This document shows positions 58,130 to 64,000 of a stretch of 64,000 nucleotides of DNA, in pieces. Origin of the DNA: an uncultured Anaerolineaceae bacterium. Its GTDB lineage: Bacteria > Chloroflexota > Anaerolineae > Anaerolineales > UBA4823. The stretch spans positions 143-64,142 of the forward strand of contig CAZJMV010000052.1 of NCBI GenBank assembly GCA_964547225.1. The letters run 5' to 3'. The notes below the pieces were generated by a model that was given only the letters and a program-made list of their open reading frames with translations, was not told the origin of the DNA and did not search any database. The number at the start of each line of letters is the position of its first letter. The stretch's first letter is position 1. Both the position numbers and the translations under genes were made by a program.

Positions 58130-60451
58130 TCAATCAGTTGTTGGTAAAGGTTCTGCTTCAACCATTTGGGTTGGTTTCTTGCTACGACCAATACTCCAGA
58201 TTATCGCAGCAAAGAGCAACAAGACAACAGCCCACCCTACAATTCCAAGTTCATGGTACTGAACGAGAATAGGTGCAGCGATTAAGGATACCAGGTTAAC
58301 TACTTTAATCATTGGATTAAGCGCTGGACCTGCTGTGTCCTTAAGTGGATCACCAACTGTATCACCCACAACACCAGCTTTATGGCGTTCTGAACCTTTA
58401 CCTGTGTTCTTTGCCAAATCTCTTTCTTCGTCTTCGATAGATTTTTTGGCATTATCCCATGCTCCACCTGAGTTTGACATAAAGACTGCTAGTAATTGTC
58501 CACTGAGAATAACACCAGCCAGGAACCCACCGAGAGCTTCGACACCCAATACTAAGCCAACTAAAATTGGTAAAACAATTGAAATTGTGGCGAGGGGGAT
58601 TAATTCTTTTTGTGCAGATGTTGTTGAGATCGAGACAACTTTTGCGTAATCGGGGGTTACTTTTCCTTCCATCAAACCGGGAATACGGAATTGTGAACGA
58701 ACTTCTTGAACGATTTCCGCTGCTGCCCGCGATACTGCACGAATACTAAGTGAACCAAATAGCCAGGGGAGCGCGCCACCAAGCAATAGTCCGACAAAAA
58801 CCGGTACATCGGAGACGCGTATGGCTTGAATTTGATCGAGACCAAGAGCTGCTTGAGCTCGCCCCACATCGGTGATGTAAGATGCGAATAGACTAACAGC
58901 GGCGATAACTGCAGAAGCGATTGCAACTCCTTTGGTGATTGCTTTGGTCGTATTTCCTACCGCATCTAGATCTGCCATAATTTGACGAGCATTTAGCGAT
59001 AATTTATCCTCTTTGTCGTGCCATGCCATTTCTCCAATTCCGTTTGCATTATCCGAAATTGGACCGTAAGAATCCATCGCGACATTATTTCCTGTATGAC
59101 TTAACATACCAATGCCGATCATGGCTACTGCATAAAGGACGTATGTCGTTCCATCACCACTATAAAGCATAGTCGCTAGTACGAAACTGATGGCGATAAC
59201 AAAAAGCGCCCACACTGTTGATTCCATTCCCACTGACAAACCAGAAAGTATGGTCGTGGCGGGACCAGTATCGGTTGAATCCACGATTTCACGAACAGGT
59301 TTATGTCTTGTGGAAGTAAAGTAAGATGTGAGTGGATTGAAGGCAACAGCTAAACCAACGCCAATGGCGGTAAGCATTGCGAGACGCCAGTCGTTTGCAT
59401 AGGCTAGGGCGATGATGAAAGAAACGCCTACGGTAATGAAGCTGGAGACTTCATAAGATCGAAACATAGCTTCTTCTGCATCGCGCGCCCGAAGGAAGCG
59501 AATTGGGAAGCTTTCCCAAATCGGAACAGTGAAGGTACCGATGATAGAACTGATGACACCAATACCTCGTATGATGAGAGGGTAAACGATCCATTTCAAA
59601 TCGTGTGTTGGGTCAATTGCGACAAGGGCAAGTCCGAGAATAAGAGCTGATACAATAGTAACTTCATAACTTTCAAAAATATCTGCTGCCATGCCTGCAC
59701 AGTCGCCAACATTATCACCAACGAGGTCTGCAACAACGGCGGCATTTCTGGGATCGTCCTCGGGGATATCCTGCTCGACTTTACCGACAAGATCTGCACC
59801 TACATCTGCAGCTTTTGTATAGATACCACCACCAACACGCATAAATAATGCAATTAAGGTTCCACCAAATCCAAAACCTAGTAGCGCATCAGGAGCAGCA
59901 CGACCGAAAATTATGAATATGATCGTACCTCCTAATAAGCCCAATCCGTCAGTAAGCATTCCTGTTACGGTTCCAGAGTAATAGGCAATGGATAAAGCTT
60001 CGTTAAAACTTCTTCGAGCTGCTGAAGCTACACGTACATTAGCTTGGATCGCCATACGCATACCTAATTGACCGACCATTAATGAGAATGTAGCCCCCAT
60101 GATAAAAGCAATGGTTCTACCAAGTGCAATAATGATCTGTGTGTTTTTGGGAAATTCTTCGCTTGCTTCAGGGGTAGGTGGTACCACATAAACGCTGAAA
60201 AATAATACAACCGTGAGCAAGCCAATTACTGGAAAGATGGTGTGTAGCTGTTTGGATAAATAGCTATCTGCACCGACGCGAATAGCATTCCAAACGCGTT
60301 GCATTTCATCCTCGCCTTTGTCTTTTTTAAGTACCAGTCCACGTAAGAACCAGGCATATGCAAGACTAATGAAGGCGGTGACGACAACAGCTATAACCGC
60401 AATTTGTTCAAAATTGTTTAGCCCGTGTCGAGCAAGTCCTAATAAATTCAT
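58130..60451 (-). CDS. hppA: Membrane-bound ion-translocating pyrophosphatase (K+-independent signature)
   Basis: GGGIYTKAADVGADLVGKVE, DNVGDCAG, GNTTKAITKG, GDTVGDPLKD. Confidence 0.95.
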   Translation of the reverse strand: MNLLGLARHGLNNFEQIAVIAVVVTAFISLAYAWFLRGLVLKKDKGEDEMQRVWNAIRVGADSYLSKQLHTIFPVIGLLTVVLFFSVYVVPPTPEASEEFPKNTQIIIALGRTIAFIMGATFSLMVGQLGMRMAIQANVRVASAARRSFNEALSIAYYSGTVTGMLTDGLGLLGGTIIFIIFGRAAPDALLGFGFGGTLIALFMRVGGGIYTKAADVGADLVGKVEQDIPEDDPRNAAVVADLVGDNVGDCAGMAADIFESYEVTIVSALILGLALVAIDPTHDLKWIVYPLIIRGIGVISSIIGTFTVPIWESFPIRFLRARDAEEAMFRSYEVSSFITVGVSFIIALAYANDWRLAMLTAIGVGLAVAFNPLTSYFTSTRHKPVREIVDSTDTGPATTILSGLSVGMESTVWALFVIAISFVLATMLYSGDGTTYVLYAVAMIGIGMLSHTGNNVAMDSYGPISDNANGIGEMAWHDKEDKLSLNARQIMADLDAVGNTTKAITKGVAIASAVIAAVSLFASYITDVGRAQAALGLDQIQAIRVSDVPVFVGLLLGGALPWLFGSLSIRAVSRAAAEIVQEVRSQFRIPGLMEGKVTPDYAKVVSISTTSAQKELIPLATISIVLPILVGLVLGVEALGGFLAGVILSGQLLAVFMSNSGGAWDNAKKSIEDEERDLAKNTGKGSERHKAGVVGDTVGDPLKDTAGPALNPMIKVVNLVSLIAAPILVQYHELGIVGWAVVLLLFAAIIWSIGRSKKPTQMVEAEPLPTTD

Positions 60452-60709
60452 TGATTCTCTTCGCTCCTTTAATTATTGGTTGTGTTGTTAGAAAAATTAA
60501 CACTCAGATTTTTGTAATGAGTGTGGTACCTGATGATATTTCCTGCATTGCAAGTTGAAAAAATCCAAAATGGAGAGTTTGAACGATAATATTGCCTCGA
60601 TATCTTCATCGTTTTTACGATTAGAACACATAAAAGGAATTTTACCACAAGGTTTCAGATATGGAATTATATTTTTTACTTAAAAATATTCGTCCCAAAA
60701 AAGGAGATA

Positions 60710-62182
60710 TTAAGTTGTGGAAGAAAACTTGTTAACGAAGATTTGGAAAATATTATTGTAAAGAGAATGGTTTTCGAGATTTGGTCTGTAAATATTTCCG
60801 AAATAATTGTTCATGGGTTGTTCATTAATAGGAATAATACCAGCAGCTTGAAGTCCGAGAAAAGCTGCACCGACGGCTGAAGCATCTGCGATATCCACAC
60901 TTCTAAGATTTGTTCCTAGGACATCAGAAAGGATTTGTGCCCAAACCGGGGATTTAGTTATTCCACCAGTTAAAAAAATTGTATCAGTATCATTAGGGAA
61001 ATCATGTAGTGAAGAGATCAATGCTAAGTATACGTCTTTAATGCAAAAAGAAACTCCCTCAAGAATAGCACGCGCAAAGTGGGAACGATTGTGGTGGATA
61101 TCTACACCCAGGAATGATGCACGCAGATTAGGATTCCAGTGAGGACTACGCTCTCCTGAGAAATAAGGCAAAATAAGGAGACCGTCTGAGCCGGGCGGAA
61201 CCAATCGTGCTTCTTCCATTAATTGCGCATAGCCATTAACCCCCTCAATATTATACATTACTTTATTCATCCAATCAACCACAACACCTCCATTATTAAT
61301 TGCTCCTCCTACAAGCCATATATCTTTTTGCATAAGATAACACCAAGTTCTCTGTAATGAATCATAAATAGGTTTCTCCACAAAACGACGAACGGCGCCA
61401 CTTGTTCCAACAGTAATCACAGTTTGATCAAAAGAATTAGCACCCGCGCCTATATTTGCTAAACCTCCGTCATGTGTTCCAGCAATAACAATCGTTTTTT
61501 CAGGAATGTGTGTCGCTTTTGCAGCTCCATGAGTTACCCCGCCAACTTCATCAGATGCCCAAACCAACTCCGGGAGGTAATTTTCATTAATATTAGCTAA
61601 ATCAAGTAGTTCTGGAATCCATTTCCCATTATGAATATCAAGCAATCCAGTTGTCGAACCTAATCCACGATCTGTTATCCATCTGCCAGTTAACTTGAAA
61701 ATAATATAGTCCTTGATAGCAACATATTTGGAAGTTCTTGCTGATATTTGAGGGACTTCGTCAAACCACCAGCGAATTTTGGGGGCATGATAGATATAGT
61801 TTAATGGACATCCACTGCGACGATATAGGGAGGGGGAATCAACGGACTTTTTCATCATTTCTGCTTGTTTTGAAGCACGTTGATCAGCCCAAGTCATAGC
61901 TGGTGCCAAAGCTTGATTACGTTCATCAACAGGAATAACACTATGCATCGCGCCACTAATGCAAATATTTAGTAAATCACCTGGGATAGACTTAACATTT
62001 AAAGATTGAAGCGCTGTTTGAACTCCTATCCATACCTCATCGGGATTTTGTTCGACCCATCCAGGACGAGGATAGTAGAATGAATACGAAGAAGACGAAG
62101 TGCGTAGGATTTTTCCACCTTCTGTTAATACGATCGCTTTACAATTTGTTGTCCCTAGATCTAATCCAATAACATATTTCAT
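60710..62182 (-). CDS. gntK: FGGY-family gluconokinase
   Basis: GLDLGTT, AMHS, TWAD, DGGLANIG, GTSGAVR, RTWCY, GERSPHW. Confidence 0.8.
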   Translation of the reverse strand: MKYVIGLDLGTTNCKAIVLTEGGKILRTSSSSYSFYYPRPGWVEQNPDEVWIGVQTALQSLNVKSIPGDLLNICISGAMHSVIPVDERNQALAPAMTWADQRASKQAEMMKKSVDSPSLYRRSGCPLNYIYHAPKIRWWFDEVPQISARTSKYVAIKDYIIFKLTGRWITDRGLGSTTGLLDIHNGKWIPELLDLANINENYLPELVWASDEVGGVTHGAAKATHIPEKTIVIAGTHDGGLANIGAGANSFDQTVITVGTSGAVRRFVEKPIYDSLQRTWCYLMQKDIWLVGGAINNGGVVVDWMNKVMYNIEGVNGYAQLMEEARLVPPGSDGLLILPYFSGERSPHWNPNLRASFLGVDIHHNRSHFARAILEGVSFCIKDVYLALISSLHDFPNDTDTIFLTGGITKSPVWAQILSDVLGTNLRSVDIADASAVGAAFLGLQAAGIIPINEQPMNNYFGNIYRPNLENHSLYNNIFQIFVNKFSSTT

Positions 62183-62199
62183 ATGAATAACCCAAATAA

Positions 62200-63459
62200 T
62201 TAGTTTGTTTTCAACCTATAGAGATATTCCCCAGCTTTGGGTACGAATAGAATACCATCCTTTTCTCTATCCTTCCATTCATCCAGATTGATAGAATCAG
62301 GGTTCATGTAATTTAGGTTTACTGAATTACATACTGATTCTGAAATTCCTGAAGAAAGTGTCACTTGAATGCGAGGTTTCTCAATACCATTCTTATAAGT
62401 CCCTTTACCTCGTAAATGAGTCGAATGTGCTAATATTCCCCATGGATATTTAGAGAATTTGTCCCATTGGTCAACGAAATAATCTCTAACATGGTATCCA
62501 ATCTCTTGAATGACTTTTCCGTGAACAGAACTAAATTCTTTGATATGGGGAGCATAAATGATAACTTCACCGCCATCACTAATTACTGGTTCAACTTTGT
62601 ACATCCCTTTTGCTCCTGTCCATATCTCATCATACATCTCTGGAAGAACGGAAAGAACTCTCCGATAAGTACTATCTACCCAGCGAATATGAACATTTGC
62701 TGAAAGGTCTGCAGCTTCGGAAAATGCGTTTTCAGGAGACCCAATAAATAAACCGTTAATCCCTTGATCGGAAATCACTGAACACAATGCGAAGCGCTCA
62801 ACAGGAATCATAGATGCTGCTTGATCGATAATTGTACGCACTGGTGTATCTTTAGTGCCTATCATCTCATAAGATGTTATCAGAGCTCCTAACCAGTGAG
62901 TAATATGAATGATTTCCTCTCCCGCAATACCAGGAAAGAAATATTTATTTCCACCCGAAAATCCAACAACTTCATGCGGGAAAACGGGACCACATATGAG
63001 CAAGATATCGTAGTCAAGGATTCTTCGATTCAATCGTACTGGAATATCAATATTTAGGCGACCTTCAGTTGTTTGATAGATATCCTTAGCTAAAATTGTT
63101 CCTAAAGTGGTCAATGAATCGAAATCATCAAATGCGTGGTTGTATATATTGATATTTGAGAAAGTGGATTGTTTTTGTTCTCGAGAGATGCCAACCAGTT
63201 TATATAAGTTGTCATCTGAAAGAGGAGGATGAGTACCAAGGGCAACCATAAAATCAAGTGCACTCGTCTTCCCTGATAAATATTTCGTTAGTATTTTGAA
63301 GAATAAAGGAATGGGCATTGTTCGAGTAAAATCTGGAATCAGTACTAGTACTTTCTTGTCATCAAGACTAATATTCGACAATCCTGTAGCAATGATTGCT
63401 TCGACTTCACTATTTGATAATTGCCTATTTGAATAACCAAATCCAACAGTATTCATCAT
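62200..63459 (-). CDS. LarA-superfamily nickel-pincer racemase/epimerase (candidate gluconate/mannonate 2-epimerase)
   Basis: PDFTR, ALGTH, PHEVVGFSGGNKYFFPG motifs; located between uxuB-like and gntK genes. Confidence 0.8.
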   Translation of the reverse strand: MMNTVGFGYSNRQLSNSEVEAIIATGLSNISLDDKKVLVLIPDFTRTMPIPLFFKILTKYLSGKTSALDFMVALGTHPPLSDDNLYKLVGISREQKQSTFSNINIYNHAFDDFDSLTTLGTILAKDIYQTTEGRLNIDIPVRLNRRILDYDILLICGPVFPHEVVGFSGGNKYFFPGIAGEEIIHITHWLGALITSYEMIGTKDTPVRTIIDQAASMIPVERFALCSVISDQGINGLFIGSPENAFSEAADLSANVHIRWVDSTYRRVLSVLPEMYDEIWTGAKGMYKVEPVISDGGEVIIYAPHIKEFSSVHGKVIQEIGYHVRDYFVDQWDKFSKYPWGILAHSTHLRGKGTYKNGIEKPRIQVTLSSGISESVCNSVNLNYMNPDSINLDEWKDREKDGILFVPKAGEYLYRLKTN

Positions 63460-63547
63460 TTTTGCCTTTTACAAACTAATTCTTCTAACTTCATTATGAT
63501 CTAAGTATAGCAAATTATGGTGATAGTCAATAATATTTTTTAAAGAT

Positions 63548-64000
63548 TTAAACACCACTATAGGCGGAAAAACCCCCATCTACAGGAATAACAATGCCAG
63601 TAACAAATGCTGAAGCAGAAGAAAGTAAGTAGAACATCGTACCTATCAATTCATCTTTCGTTCCAAAACGCCTCATGGGTGTATGATTGATAATATTCTG
63701 ACCACGTGGTGTCAATGTATCATCATCATTTAGTAGTAGTCCACGGTTTTGTTCACCAATAAAAAAACCTGGTGCGATCGCATTAACACGAATTTTTGTA
63801 GAGTATTCTTGCGCCATATGAACTGCAAGCCATTGGGTAAAATTACTAACGGCTGCTTTCGCAGCAGAATAGGCTGGAATTCTGGTAAGTGGACGAAATG
63901 CATTCATCGAAGAAATATTCAAAATTGTCCCATATCCCTGTTTAGCCATAACTTCTCCAAATACTTGTGAAGTCAATACAGTTCCCAAGAAATTCAGATT
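63548..64000 (-). CDS. uxuB: SDR-family D-mannonate oxidoreductase (UxuB-like), 5'-partial
   Basis: NISSMNAFRPLTRIPAYSAAKAAVSNFTQWLAVH, VDGGFSAYSG. Confidence 0.8.
   Translation of the reverse strand, partial: NLNFLGTVLTSQVFGEVMAKQGYGTILNISSMNAFRPLTRIPAYSAAKAAVSNFTQWLAVHMAQEYSTKIRVNAIAPGFFIGEQNRGLLLNDDDTLTPRGQNIINHTPMRRFGTKDELIGTMFYLLSSASAFVTGIVIPVDGGFSAYSGV

Overview
AT-rich bacterial chromosomal segment. Gene content and protein style suggest an anaerobic Chloroflexota (Anaerolineae-like) organism; this is inference. Left to right it contains: (1) a partial O-antigen-ligase-like gene; (2) a LysR/ArsR-flanked sulfur operon, tusA-mvhD-hdrA-hdrA-wHTH-qmoC-like-cNMP-dsrE-dsrE-tusA-yeeE; (3) a Moco-riboswitch-like RNA leading an ECF transporter, an amber-interrupted molybdopterin-fold lipoprotein and moeA; (4) an HD-GYP protein, a sulfatase-like protein, lgt, a lipoprotein and an SPFH protein; (5) a ~12 kb export module with a probable heterodimeric C39-peptidase ABC transporter, a shortened adaptor, a 61-aa short-leader CGC peptide, three envelope-anchored pentapeptide-repeat proteins and an orphan ParA, bracketed by two paralogous 'KKRPSRR' membrane proteins; (6) a two-component pair, larEBC and a 7-gene phosphorelay/diguanylate-cyclase cluster; (7) anSME, a HAD hydrolase, a degenerate SNase-LTD protein, recJ, an XRE-cupin regulator, hppA and a uxuB-larA-like-gntK sugar-acid operon. 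No rRNA, tRNA, CRISPR array or transposase was recognised. The best candidates for undescribed systems are the peptide-export/pentapeptide/ParA module and the Moco-riboswitch-controlled ECF transporter. All family assignments come from motifs read by eye; no searches were run.
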